DNA from: a virus
Lineage: Duplodnaviria > Heunggongvirae > Uroviricota > Caudoviricetes
Direction: 5' to 3' (one strand)
Virus record (IMG/VR): IMGVR_UViG_2671180921_000030
Span: 1 to 45,744 of that record
DNA: 45,744 nt
Made by a program: the position numbers and the translations under genes. The notes under the pieces are model-generated. The model had not been told where the DNA came from and did no database searches. It saw only the letters and a list, made by a program, of their open reading frames with translations. Positions 29,534 through 39,349 of this stretch are shown in pieces (within the stretch, counting starts at the first letter, position 1; each line of letters starts with the position of its first letter).

Positions 29534-29733
29534 CCATTACCGGCTTTACGCCGCTTGCTGACAGCACTGTTGAAGCCCGGGCTCGTCGGGGGCGCAAGGG
29601 GGCAACACTGGAACTTGCCCGGCGTGCTGCTGGCGAATCTCCGGGAACCGATCTGGCGAAACCATTAATTGACACCGGGCAATATCGCAGAGCCATTACC
29701 CATGTTGTGAGGGATAAAGATGCCGACTCTTGA
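29530..29733 (+). CDS. Small head-tail region protein
   Basis: 67-aa ORF; the same frame is open upstream from about 29413. Confidence 0.35.
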   Translation: MTITGFTPLADSTVEARARRGRKGATLELARRAAGESPGTDLAKPLIDTGQYRRAITHVVRDKDADS

Positions 29734-30109
29734 TGTAACAGATGTGCTTTTTGACCCCGATTTTTGCGACTTCAATTTGTGGGTAACACGCCGAGTGCAA
29801 ACGGTGGATGAGGACGGGATCGGCAGCGACAGTGAAGTTAAAAAGCAGTTTGCCGGAGTCGTAACTGTTGATCGCTCTCTGGAAAACCGCCGTATGCAGG
29901 CAGGGCAGGTAATCAGTGGTGCAATTCTGATTGTGACGACTGAGCGACTGACGCAGGGACAGACTGGCCGTGATTCCGATATCGTGACGTATCAGGGCCG
30001 TGATTACCGTGTGACCTTCGTTGACCCGTATACAGCTTATGGTGTCGGATTCGTTCAGGCGCATTGTGAGTTGCTGCCGTTTGATGGGGGAACTCCGGTT
30101 GAGCAATAA
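29720..30109 (+). CDS. Tail completion or neck protein
   Basis: 129-aa ORF with GAGGGA upstream. Confidence 0.45.
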   Translation: MPTLDVTDVLFDPDFCDFNLWVTRRVQTVDEDGIGSDSEVKKQFAGVVTVDRSLENRRMQAGQVISGAILIVTTERLTQGQTGRDSDIVTYQGRDYRVTFVDPYTAYGVGFVQAHCELLPFDGGTPVEQ

Positions 30110-30647
30110 CACCAGCACAGAGCGCGGATGGCTGATACCAACCAGTGGCGATCCGGATTATGACGAAGCGCTCGACAGGCTGTTAAGCCAGTGGATGCGT
30201 AACGTTTCCGGTCTGTCTGCCGGGATGGTTCGTCCGCGCTGGCAGAAAGAGCAGCCGCCACTGCTACCGGCTGAAACGAACTGGTGTGCGTTTGGGGTTA
30301 TCGGATGGTCAGGTGATGACAGTCCGGCATTCACCAGACAGACCGATGATGGCTCTCAGCTCTGGCGGCATGAAACGATTGAGTGTATGGCTTCGTTTTA
30401 TGGTCCGGCGGGGATGGTGTATGCGTCCCGGTTTCGTGACGGTATATCTGTACCGCAGAACAACGCAGCACTGAATGCGCTGGGGCTGTCTCTTGGCGAT
30501 TACACAGGTCTGACTCCCTTCCCTGAACTTATTAATCAGCAATGGGGCCGCCGCTACGATATGACGGTGCGTCTGCGCCGGAAGGTTGTGCGCGAGTACG
30601 GTATTAAATCGCTGGTGGAAGCACCAGTCATCTTTTTCGGAGATTAA
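30084..30647 (+). CDS. Tail-region protein
   Basis: Trimmed to internal ATG; start uncertain. Confidence 0.4.
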   Translation: MGELRLSNNTSTERGWLIPTSGDPDYDEALDRLLSQWMRNVSGLSAGMVRPRWQKEQPPLLPAETNWCAFGVIGWSGDDSPAFTRQTDDGSQLWRHETIECMASFYGPAGMVYASRFRDGISVPQNNAALNALGLSLGDYTGLTPFPELINQQWGRRYDMTVRLRRKVVREYGIKSLVEAPVIFFGD

Positions 30648-30650
30648 GCT

Positions 30651-31796
30651 ATGGCACAGGGCTTGCCTGTATCAAACGTTGTTAATGTTGATGTGATCAT
30701 GTCGCCGCGTGCAGCATCAGGGCGAAATTTTGGTGCATTACTCATTCTCGGCCCGTCCACAATCATTCCGGTAAGTGAGCGCATTCGCCGTTATTCTGCC
30801 GCGGAAGATATTGGAAAAGATTTTGGCGTGGAATCACCAGAATATAAGGCTGCGCAGGTGTTTTTCTCTCAATCACCGAAACCTCAGGAGGTTTTTGTTG
30901 GTCGTTGGGTGAAAACGAAGGGAGACAGCGAACAGGCCACGCCTGAGACGCTGGAGCAGGCTGTGAATGCCATGCTCGATTATACTTCATGGTATGGGCT
31001 GGGGATTGCAGACGATGCAGATATTCCGGATGCAGACTGGCTGAAAGTGGCTGCGGCGATCGAATCCTCTTCTGTAAGCCGTATTCTGGCGATTACGACA
31101 AGCGATGAGAAATGCCTGCAGACTGCATCCAGCGATGATTTGGCATCAAAACTGAAAAATGCCGGATATTCACGCAGTTTTATTCAGTATTCATCGGGTA
31201 ATAAATACGCTGCGTTATCTGCATTTGGCCGGGCATTCACGGTTAATTTCAATGGCAGTAATACCGCGATTACGCTCAAGTTTAAGCAGGAGCCGGGTGT
31301 CGGGTATGAAACACTGACAGTCAGCCAGGCATCGGCACTTGATGCAAAAAACTGCAATGTGTTCGTGTACTACCAGAATGATACAGCTATCCTCCAGCAG
31401 GGAGTGATGGCTAACGGCGATTTCTTTGATGAACGCCACGGCCTGGACTGGTTACAGAATTATGTGCAGACCAACCTCTATAACCTGCTTTATACCAGCA
31501 CCACGAAGGTTCCCCAGACTGAAGCCGGTATTACCCGACTGTTATCAAATGTTGAAAAATCACTGGATCAGGCCGTTCAGAATGGACTGATTGCTCCGGG
31601 CGTATGGAACGGTGGCGACCTTGGTCAGTTGTCATCAGGTGACACGCTGCCCAAAGGTTATTACGTATACGCCCAGCCGCTGGATGAACAGGCACAATCA
31701 GAACGTGAAGCCCGTAAGGCTCCGGTGATTCAGGCTGCAATAAAACTTGCAGGCGCGGTTCATTACGCTGACGTACAGATTAACGTTGTTCGCTAA
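30651..31796 (+). CDS. Contractile tail sheath protein
   Basis: 381-aa ORF directly upstream of tube, chaperone and tape measure genes. Confidence 0.7.
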   Translation: MAQGLPVSNVVNVDVIMSPRAASGRNFGALLILGPSTIIPVSERIRRYSAAEDIGKDFGVESPEYKAAQVFFSQSPKPQEVFVGRWVKTKGDSEQATPETLEQAVNAMLDYTSWYGLGIADDADIPDADWLKVAAAIESSSVSRILAITTSDEKCLQTASSDDLASKLKNAGYSRSFIQYSSGNKYAALSAFGRAFTVNFNGSNTAITLKFKQEPGVGYETLTVSQASALDAKNCNVFVYYQNDTAILQQGVMANGDFFDERHGLDWLQNYVQTNLYNLLYTSTTKVPQTEAGITRLLSNVEKSLDQAVQNGLIAPGVWNGGDLGQLSSGDTLPKGYYVYAQPLDEQAQSEREARKAPVIQAAIKLAGAVHYADVQINVVR

Positions 31797-31806
31797 GGGG
31801 AAGTGA

Positions 31807-32247
31807 ATGTCTACCTATTCTTTTATGGATGTCACTGCGACGCTGACCGGCCCGACCGGTTCGATTGACCTCGGGTACGGTTCTGCAAGTTCTGAAGAGG
31901 GGATTGTGGTTGCGATGGGCGGTCCTAAAAACACCATGACCATCGGTGCTGATGGCGAAGTGATGCACAGTCTCCATGCAGATAAAAGCGGGACGATTAC
32001 CGTTAACCTTCTGAAGACATCACCGACAAATAAAAAATTGTCGCTGGCGTATAACGCACAGAGCCAGTCTTCTGCCACATGGGGGAATAACGTTATCGTG
32101 ATCCGCAACAAGGTCAGCGGCGACATCATCACGGCACGCAGTGTTGCGTTCCAGAAACAACCGGATAACGCCAACGCTAAAACCGGTAATACGATGCCGT
32201 GGGTGTTTGACTGCGGCAAGATTGACCAGGTTCTCGGGGAGTTTTAA
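31807..32247 (+). CDS. Tail tube protein
   Basis: 146-aa ORF between sheath and chaperone. Confidence 0.65.
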   Translation: MSTYSFMDVTATLTGPTGSIDLGYGSASSEEGIVVAMGGPKNTMTIGADGEVMHSLHADKSGTITVNLLKTSPTNKKLSLAYNAQSQSSATWGNNVIVIRNKVSGDIITARSVAFQKQPDNANAKTGNTMPWVFDCGKIDQVLGEF

Positions 32248-32250
32248 TGC

Positions 32251-32703
32251 ATGGAATTCGAAATCAAAGGCGTGAAATATCGCGTGGCAAAACTCAGCGT
32301 TTTTGACCAGCTGAAAGTGACCCGCAAACTTCTGCCGGTACTGGCGGGAATGATGTCAGATTTCGGGAGCATTCGCTCCCGTTTGCCTGCTGACGGCAAA
32401 ATCGACACCGTGAAATTCGAGCAGTTAAAACCGGTGTTTGAAACCATGCTCCCGCGTATCGCTGAGGAACTGTCTTCCCTGACCGAAGATGACACCGATG
32501 CGATTATTCATCCCTGTCTTGCGGTGGTGTCGCGGCGTCATATGGACGGATGGGTTCCGGTATTTACCCAGGGCGAACTGATGTTTGATGATATTGACTT
32601 GCTGGTCATGCTTCATCTGGTGGCGCGGGTGGTCGCCGATTCGCTGGGAAATTTTTTGCCTACACCCCTTACCAGCACGACGCAGAGCCTGCAACAGGGC
32701 TGA
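32251..32703 (+). CDS. Tail assembly chaperone
   Basis: 150-aa acidic ORF between tube and tape measure genes; slippery site near its 3' end. Confidence 0.7.
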   Translation: MEFEIKGVKYRVAKLSVFDQLKVTRKLLPVLAGMMSDFGSIRSRLPADGKIDTVKFEQLKPVFETMLPRIAEELSSLTEDDTDAIIHPCLAVVSRRHMDGWVPVFTQGELMFDDIDLLVMLHLVARVVADSLGNFLPTPLTSTTQSLQQG

Positions 32704-32891
32704 CGTTTAACAGCCTGCCGGACGGGCTGTCCTACCTTCTCAATCCGGTTGACGCCGGGTTAATTCCCTATACAGCACTTAAAGATGGCTCTGTCGATTT
32801 GTATGACATTGCTCTCTTGAATGACCATCTGGCGGTAAAAGCGGATAACCAGCGGCGCATTGAGAAATGGAGAGAGGATAATGAACGCTGA
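32652..32891 (+). other. Candidate -1 frameshift extension of the tail chaperone
   Basis: Slippery T_TTT_TTG at 32652..32658; the -1 frame is open to TGA at 32889..32891 and overlaps the tape measure start. Confidence 0.5.
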
Positions 32892-34833
32892 AACTATTAA
32901 AGATTTCCTCGTCTCGCTTGGCTTCAGTGTGGATGATGCAGGAGCGAAAAAGTTCGGTTCTGTCCTCGCCGGTACAACTGCAAATGTCATCAAAATGGGA
33001 CTGGCCGTTGAAGGAGCTGCGCTGTCCGTGGTGGCCTTCACGGCTAAGATCGCCTCCGGCCTGGATAATCTTTACTGGGCGTCACAGCGCACCGGCGCGA
33101 CAGTCCAGGGAATTCAGTCTATTGGCTATGCGGTTTCGCAGGTTGGCGGCAGCGTGGACGCTGCGCGCGGGTCACTGGAGAGCCTTGCCCGTTTTATCCG
33201 TAATAGCCCCGGGGCTGAGGGATTTCTGAATCGTCTGGGGGTACAGACCCGTGACGCCAGCGGTAACATGCGCGACATGGCCGCTATCTTTACGGGCGTC
33301 GGCCAGAAGCTCAGCAGCATGCCGTATTACCGGGCTAACCAGTATGCGCAGATGCTGGGCATTGACGAAAATACCCTGATGGCTATGCGTCGCGGAGTGG
33401 GGCAGTTCAGCGCTCAGTATTCAGAAATGGTGAAAGCGATCGGATTTAATGCCGATCAGGCTGCCTTCTCGTCAAACCGGTTTATGACCTCGCTGAAATC
33501 GCTCGGTGAAATGGCCGGGATGGCGCGGGACAAAATCGGATCGAATCTTGCGGACGGACTGGCGGGGCAGATTGATAACCTGCGCAAAAAGATAATTGAA
33601 AATTTTCCCAAAATTGAAGTCACCATCACAAAGGTCATAAAGGGGATCTTCTGGCTGGGTGAGATAGTCGGGCGGGTAGCATTTCGGATAGTCGATGGTG
33701 TCGGAGATATCATCGAGTGGTGGGGGAAACTGGATGCCGAAACGAAAACCCTGATAGAGGTTATCGGCGGTCTGGTTGTCGCCATGCGGATACTTAACTC
33801 TACTTTCTGGATGTCACCTATAGGGCTGATTACCGGTCTGATCGTGGCTCTCGGTCTCTTGTGGGAAGACTACAAAACATGGAAAGAAGGCGGTAACAGC
33901 CTTATCGAATGGGAAAAATGGCAACCGGCAATAGATAAAGCGAAGGATGCGATCACCTGGCTTCGTGATCACCTTCTGGAACTAAAAGATGGTGTTGGCG
34001 GCTGGCAAAATACACTGGAAATCCTCGGTACATTCATCGCGGGTGTCTGGGTATCCAAGGTTCTGGGGGCTTTCGGGAAAATATCTGGTTTGCCGGTACC
34101 GCCATGGTTAAAAGGCTGGATGGCTTATGCTGCGTATTTGTACTCCGATCGCGAAAATATTGGTGCCAGTACGAAGTCATCCTGGGATTACACGAAACAA
34201 AATATTGGAGATTCATTGCGCTGGCTTGGCATTGATACCGATTTTGGTCGTAATCCTCATACCGTAAAAGGCGCAAATATTCAGTCAGATATTCCAGGTA
34301 CTGAGCCGGAACAACATGCGCAGTCTACGAAGCGTACTTTAGCCGATCGGAATAACAATCCAGGGAATATTCGCCCGGTAAGCGGTAAAGGGTTCCGGTT
34401 TTTCGAATCAGCGCTTGAGGGCTGGGAGGCGATGAAAAACCAGCTCATGCGTTACTTTACCGGGAAAACAACCGGACGGGCATTACAGACTATTCAGGAT
34501 ATTGTCAGTACCTGGGCCCCGGCAGGTGATAACAACGATCCGAAAAAGTATGCACAGGATGTTGCGAAATGGATGGGAGTATCACCGAATGCAATATTGA
34601 ATCTTACAGATCCCCGGACTATGGGAGCATTGATGCAGTCGATGGCGCGCAAAGAAGGTTATTCAAACTGGAACAGCCCGCTGGCGTATCAGGCCGCCGC
34701 TGGCAGCCTTAACCAGCAGACTGTTATAAATGTTCATGGAGTTAACAACCCTCAGGAGGCGGCTAATCTGATCGCTGACAAGCAGGGGGCTGTAAATGCC
34801 AGGGCGGTACAGCAATTGAAAGGGCCTGCGTGA
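32881..34833 (+). CDS. Tail tape measure protein
   Basis: Long ORF after the chaperone; start trimmed to ATG preceded by GGAGAGAGGA. Confidence 0.8.
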   Translation: MNAETIKDFLVSLGFSVDDAGAKKFGSVLAGTTANVIKMGLAVEGAALSVVAFTAKIASGLDNLYWASQRTGATVQGIQSIGYAVSQVGGSVDAARGSLESLARFIRNSPGAEGFLNRLGVQTRDASGNMRDMAAIFTGVGQKLSSMPYYRANQYAQMLGIDENTLMAMRRGVGQFSAQYSEMVKAIGFNADQAAFSSNRFMTSLKSLGEMAGMARDKIGSNLADGLAGQIDNLRKKIIENFPKIEVTITKVIKGIFWLGEIVGRVAFRIVDGVGDIIEWWGKLDAETKTLIEVIGGLVVAMRILNSTFWMSPIGLITGLIVALGLLWEDYKTWKEGGNSLIEWEKWQPAIDKAKDAITWLRDHLLELKDGVGGWQNTLEILGTFIAGVWVSKVLGAFGKISGLPVPPWLKGWMAYAAYLYSDRENIGASTKSSWDYTKQNIGDSLRWLGIDTDFGRNPHTVKGANIQSDIPGTEPEQHAQSTKRTLADRNNNPGNIRPVSGKGFRFFESALEGWEAMKNQLMRYFTGKTTGRALQTIQDIVSTWAPAGDNNDPKKYAQDVAKWMGVSPNAILNLTDPRTMGALMQSMARKEGYSNWNSPLAYQAAAGSLNQQTVINVHGVNNPQEAANLIADKQGAVNARAVQQLKGPA

Positions 34834-35483
34834 TGGACTTTTTATCTGTTTTACTGCAGCAGCGAACCCGCTCAATAGGAATCATTATTCCTGATGTGGT
34901 TATTACCGAAAAGCACACAGACGCCCTGGAAATTACGGAACATCCGGTTGAACAGCCCACGAATGCTGGTGCCAGTGGTGAGGGTGCTGGTTACATATCA
35001 GAACACGCATTCAGGCGCCCTTCTGAGGTTGTGATGGAAACCGGTTTTTCCGGAGGCGGATCGCTGCTTGATTTTGCCAGTAACCTGACGGCTACCAGTT
35101 TACTGGGGCTGAGCCCGAAAGAACTGTATCAGGAACTGCTTAACCTGCAGCGGAATCGTATTCCTTTCGATGTGACAACCGGCAAGCGTATTTACAACAA
35201 TATGTTGATAAAAACGCTGGAGGTCACGACCGATAAGAGTAGTGAAAATGTGCTTCTGGCGACACTTACCCTCAGGGAAGTAATTATTACCTCCACGCAG
35301 TCAGTCAGGGTTGCCCAGAAAAACAATATGACCGAGGGAGTCGGAACGTCTGCTGTGCAGAATACAGGCACCAAAACAACGGTGCCGCCGAATAATTCCA
35401 TTCTGAAATCGCTGCCACAGATGGCGCAAGAAGGTATCTCCACTGTTGATGGATATTTGAGCAATTTATTTCTGGAAAGGTGA
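34830..35483 (+). CDS. Tail/baseplate assembly protein
   Basis: 217-aa ORF with ATGA overlap after the tape measure gene. Confidence 0.45.
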   Translation: MMDFLSVLLQQRTRSIGIIIPDVVITEKHTDALEITEHPVEQPTNAGASGEGAGYISEHAFRRPSEVVMETGFSGGGSLLDFASNLTATSLLGLSPKELYQELLNLQRNRIPFDVTTGKRIYNNMLIKTLEVTTDKSSENVLLATLTLREVIITSTQSVRVAQKNNMTEGVGTSAVQNTGTKTTVPPNNSILKSLPQMAQEGISTVDGYLSNLFLER

Positions 35484-35486
35484 TTC

Positions 35487-35789
35487 ATGGAAGCCGTAGA
35501 AATCCCACTGGTTGCTGACAATCAGACTTTTGCCACCACAATTAACGGTTCGGTTTATCACCTGTCTGTCATCTGGCGAGGCGAGTACTGGGTTCTGGAT
35601 CTTGCTGACAGCAATGGCTCCGCCATTATATCAGGTATACCGATGATTACGGGGGCTGACCTGCTGGCACAGTATCGATATATGGATCTGGGTTTTTCTC
35701 TGGTGGTGCTCTGCGACGTGGCGGGGCAGGAGAATCCAACGCAATTCGATCTTGGAACGCTCTCACACCTCTATGTTTTCACGGAGTAA
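35487..35789 (+). CDS. Small baseplate-region protein
   Basis: 100-aa ORF. Confidence 0.4.
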   Translation: MEAVEIPLVADNQTFATTINGSVYHLSVIWRGEYWVLDLADSNGSAIISGIPMITGADLLAQYRYMDLGFSLVVLCDVAGQENPTQFDLGTLSHLYVFTE

Positions 35790-35791
35790 CA

Positions 35792-36826
35792 ATGTCGAAA
35801 AACTGGATGCGTCACTTTGAATTATTGCTTGTTAATGATAAGGGCGACGGGATAAAAATTTCTGAGCTTAAAGTCACTTTCAATATTCAGAAAATGCCTG
35901 CGACCATATTTAATGGATTCGTTGGGAATTTTAAGGTTTATAACCTGTCCCCTACCACTCAGAACCGGATTATGCAGAAGGAGTTTTCGCGTATACAGGT
36001 TATTGCCGGATACAAGGGGCAACCGGATGCAGCAGGTAATTATCCTGATGAAAACGTTGGTATGATATTCAATGGAGATATCCGTTTTACTGTTACTGGT
36101 AAAGATAATGCCACAGACAGTTGGATCATGTTGCAGTGTATTGACAGCTGGGAAGGCCACCTGAACGCAAGTGTGAAAACCACAGTGGCAGCTGGCTGGA
36201 AGTACAGAGATCTTTTCAGTCTGGGTATGAAATCATTCGAACCATATGGCATCGAATCCGGCGCAGTTCCTGACATGCCGGAAACGGTATTTCCCCGAGG
36301 TCGCGTTGTTTATCAAAACACATCAAGGTTGATGAATCATATCGCAGGGCAGTGTAAAGCTAACTGGTGGTATGAAAATAATCTGGTAAATATTGTTCCT
36401 GAAGATAAATATATTGGTGTTGCTACGGTGTTGAATGCTAACACCGGGCTTATCGGTATGCCACAGCAGACGATGGGAGCTGGCGTAAATGTCAGATGTC
36501 TGATTAATCCAAATATTAAGCTCGGTGGGCTTATTCGTCTGGATCAGGCATCTGTATACCGTGCCTCTTTGAGTAATGACCAGGTAGCGAAATCGCCAGC
36601 ACGACTGGATGAGTCTGAAAGCGACGGTAATCTCTACGTTAACGGTCTGCCAGGCATGTCACAGCCTGCCAGCATTAATACTGACGGTGATTACATTGTG
36701 GGCAGCATTGATTATACTGGCGACACCCGAGGGCAGGCGTGGTATATGGACCTGCTTTGCCTGGCTAAAGGTGGCAAAGAACTATTGGCAAAAGGCACTT
36801 TGGACAAAGTCGGAGATGTAGAGTGA
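35792..36826 (+). CDS. Baseplate hub-like protein
   Basis: 344-aa ORF before the spike/W/J genes. Confidence 0.5.
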   Translation: MSKNWMRHFELLLVNDKGDGIKISELKVTFNIQKMPATIFNGFVGNFKVYNLSPTTQNRIMQKEFSRIQVIAGYKGQPDAAGNYPDENVGMIFNGDIRFTVTGKDNATDSWIMLQCIDSWEGHLNASVKTTVAAGWKYRDLFSLGMKSFEPYGIESGAVPDMPETVFPRGRVVYQNTSRLMNHIAGQCKANWWYENNLVNIVPEDKYIGVATVLNANTGLIGMPQQTMGAGVNVRCLINPNIKLGGLIRLDQASVYRASLSNDQVAKSPARLDESESDGNLYVNGLPGMSQPASINTDGDYIVGSIDYTGDTRGQAWYMDLLCLAKGGKELLAKGTLDKVGDVE

Positions 36827-37158
36827 AAAAAGTATTTTTTTGTTTATTCTTGGCCCTGCCGTTAACAGTTTCGGCGGCAACGCAGTGCGGACCATTCCGC
36901 TTTGATGCTGGTAATGATGGCCTCATGCACATCAATGGTCAAAAGCCAGAAACACAAAAAATGACCTTTTTGAAACAAAAAGACGATTTCGATAATGTCA
37001 TGATGCAATGGATGTTACCTGATCCTAATACTGGACGTTGGTTAGGTATGGACTACATCAAACGAAACAAAAAAGCGATCCTCAACGTTGAAGTTATCCG
37101 CAAAAATATGGACGAGCCTCGGGAGTTCTGGACGTATGATTGCCGGAAGGTGAAGTGA
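36823..37158 (+). CDS. Signal-peptide-bearing small protein inside the baseplate operon
   Basis: GTG start overlapping the upstream stop (GTGA) with GGAG upstream; N-terminus MKKVFFCLFLALPLTVSAATQC. Confidence 0.45.
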   Translation: MKKVFFCLFLALPLTVSAATQCGPFRFDAGNDGLMHINGQKPETQKMTFLKQKDDFDNVMMQWMLPDPNTGRWLGMDYIKRNKKAILNVEVIRKNMDEPREFWTYDCRKVK

Positions 37159-37385
37159 ATTACATTGGCGTCCAGCTTCTGCAGAACAGCATGGATGCGC
37201 CGAAAATCATCGAATCTTTCCCTTGTAAAAAAGTGGCTGGGTGAGAGTAAGAAATTTTAACCAGTTCTCCTTTCTCTCCTTAGAAAAGAGCAAAGCATTA
37301 GTCTAGAATATGGATTAATGAATAAAACAACAGGTTGTTGATGATGCCTTCCAATGATAAATTCCTCCGTTAAGGAGGATGATTA

Positions 37386-38159
37386 ATGTCACTTGCACTG
37401 TATAGCAAACTGAATGAAACGCTTGAGATGCTTACTTCACGTATTGATGAAGGGCAGCAACTGGATGCTTTTACGCTAAAGCGAGTTGTCTCTGAAGCAG
37501 GCAAAATCCCTGATGAGCCAGTTAAGTTGATGGTGTTGGCTCTGGCTTATGGAGCTGCGCATCAACATGTTGAAGCTGTCGGTTTTTTTCAGGAGGCAGT
37601 TGCATACCGTGACGAAACAGTAGCCAGAAATTATCTTTCTTACCTCAGTCATACTGGACAGTATGAATTGTACCGAGAAGAGGCTGTGAGGTTAGCTCGG
37701 GAAATTACCAGCCTTGCTTTGTGCATACGAGCAAGGAATGCAGCCTATGCTGACGGCGATGGTGAACTATCACTCTTTTTTGCTCGAAAAGCTCTGTCTA
37801 TGATCGGAAGTGAGAGCGAGCGAGAAAGCATGGAGTCAGATATCATGGAAAAAAAACGGGCATTAGATACATTCATAAGTGTGACTGATTTAAGCACGAA
37901 TGAGATAAATCTTCTTTCCAGAACAATTACTAATGTCGCTAAGAATTATGGTGTTTTAGCTATTTCTCATGACTATGTCACAAGCCCGGATGGGGATGCT
38001 GGCATAGTTTGTGATGTTTTATGTGAGGATGCCGATATGCTTTCCGATATGGATATTGACGTTGCTACTGAAATTGCAATGAATGAGATCTTCGCTGGAA
38101 AGAATGTGACGGCCTGGTTCCGCGGGCGTAATCGGCAGGAGATTCACTTCACGATATGA
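37386..38159 (+). CDS. Hypothetical protein, first gene of an inserted two-gene module
   Basis: 257-aa ORF after a 227-bp AT-rich leader with TAAGGAGG; ATGA overlap with the next gene. Confidence 0.5.
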   Translation: MSLALYSKLNETLEMLTSRIDEGQQLDAFTLKRVVSEAGKIPDEPVKLMVLALAYGAAHQHVEAVGFFQEAVAYRDETVARNYLSYLSHTGQYELYREEAVRLAREITSLALCIRARNAAYADGDGELSLFFARKALSMIGSESERESMESDIMEKKRALDTFISVTDLSTNEINLLSRTITNVAKNYGVLAISHDYVTSPDGDAGIVCDVLCEDADMLSDMDIDVATEIAMNEIFAGKNVTAWFRGRNRQEIHFTI

Positions 38160-38536
38160 GTATCCAAGGAAAAGAGTTCATTGACGCATCCCGTGCATGT
38201 TTAGACACTGGTATTGAGTCTGGTTTCAGAAGTGCTATTTCACGGGCATACTATGCGTTCTACCATGAAACATGTGGCCTTTTGACGTGTTGCCCGCCGA
38301 CAACACATGATGGAGTTGTTCAATATCTTATTTCGGATGCAAGGCGGAAGGATGAACCTTATGAGTTAATGTCTCTTATCCAGTTGGGGGCAGTTCTCAA
38401 ACAGCAAAAAATGAAGCGTAAGCGCGCGGACTACGATCTAACAGAGACTATTTTGCAAACTGAAGCAAGTTCATCTATTGCAGTGGTGAACAAGATGTTG
38501 GACAAAATAGCAGAAATGAAATCCCAAGTAGCCTAG
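38156..38536 (+). CDS. HEPN-like small protein
   Basis: 126-aa ORF with R-x6-H motif (SRAYYAFYHE); terminator follows. Confidence 0.45.
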   Translation: MSIQGKEFIDASRACLDTGIESGFRSAISRAYYAFYHETCGLLTCCPPTTHDGVVQYLISDARRKDEPYELMSLIQLGAVLKQQKMKRKRADYDLTETILQTEASSSIAVVNKMLDKIAEMKSQVA

Positions 38537-38553
38537 CAAAAAGTTTATTTACG

Positions 38554-38578
38554 AACCCGCCATCCGGCGGGTTTTTTG
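38554..38578 (+). terminator. Rho-independent terminator closing the inserted module
   Basis: Stem cccgcc/ggcggg, 4-nt loop, T6. Confidence 0.5.
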
Positions 38579-38596
38579 CTTTCTGGAGACATATGA

Positions 38597-39349
38597 ATGC
38601 CCGTTTCTTTAAGCGCTCAACTTGGTAGCAAAGAACAGGCCGATGTAAGACTTGCTGGCTCTGTCATGTCGGCGCTGCGTGTTTCTATGCCCGGTATCGT
38701 CCAGTCATTTGATCCGGACACGGTAACAGTGGTTGTTCAACCTGCGATTAAAGGCTATGAGCCGGACTCAAATGGAATCAACCAGTCGACGACATTACCC
38801 CTGCTGGTGGATGTGCCAGTGGTATTTCCGCGCGGCGGAGGCTGTACGTTGACTTTTCCAGTTAAAGCCGGTGATGAATGTTTGGTGATTTTTGCCGATC
38901 GTTGTATTGATTTCTGGTGGCAGAGTGGCGGGATACAGGAGCCGGTCGATGACAGAATGCATGATTTATCGGATGCGTTTTGTATTGTCGGTCCCCAGTC
39001 GCAGGCAAGGAAGATTAGCGGTATTAATACCAGTGCCACACAGTTGCGTAGTGATGACGGCAGCACCTATTTTGAGCTTAATCCTGATACCAGGAAAATT
39101 AAAATTGTCGCTCCGGGTGGTCTTGATGTGGTTGCCCCTCTGGCTGATTTTTCTGAGAAAGTAACCATTCATGGCCTGTTAACCTGGATGGGTGGCATGG
39201 TGGGGTCTGTGGTTTCTGGTGTGGCTTCAAAAATCACTGGTGCTGTTGAGTTTTTGGGTAGCGTGAAGGCTAACGGCAAGCCAATTGATGATACGCACAC
39301 TCATGGTGGTGTTCAGCGCGGTGGAAGCAATACCGACGGAGTAAACTGA
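38597..39349 (+). CDS. Baseplate spike protein (gpV-like)
   Basis: 250-aa ORF upstream of W- and J-like genes. Confidence 0.65.
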   Translation: MPVSLSAQLGSKEQADVRLAGSVMSALRVSMPGIVQSFDPDTVTVVVQPAIKGYEPDSNGINQSTTLPLLVDVPVVFPRGGGCTLTFPVKAGDECLVIFADRCIDFWWQSGGIQEPVDDRMHDLSDAFCIVGPQSQARKISGINTSATQLRSDDGSTYFELNPDTRKIKIVAPGGLDVVAPLADFSEKVTIHGLLTWMGGMVGSVVSGVASKITGAVEFLGSVKANGKPIDDTHTHGGVQRGGSNTDGVN

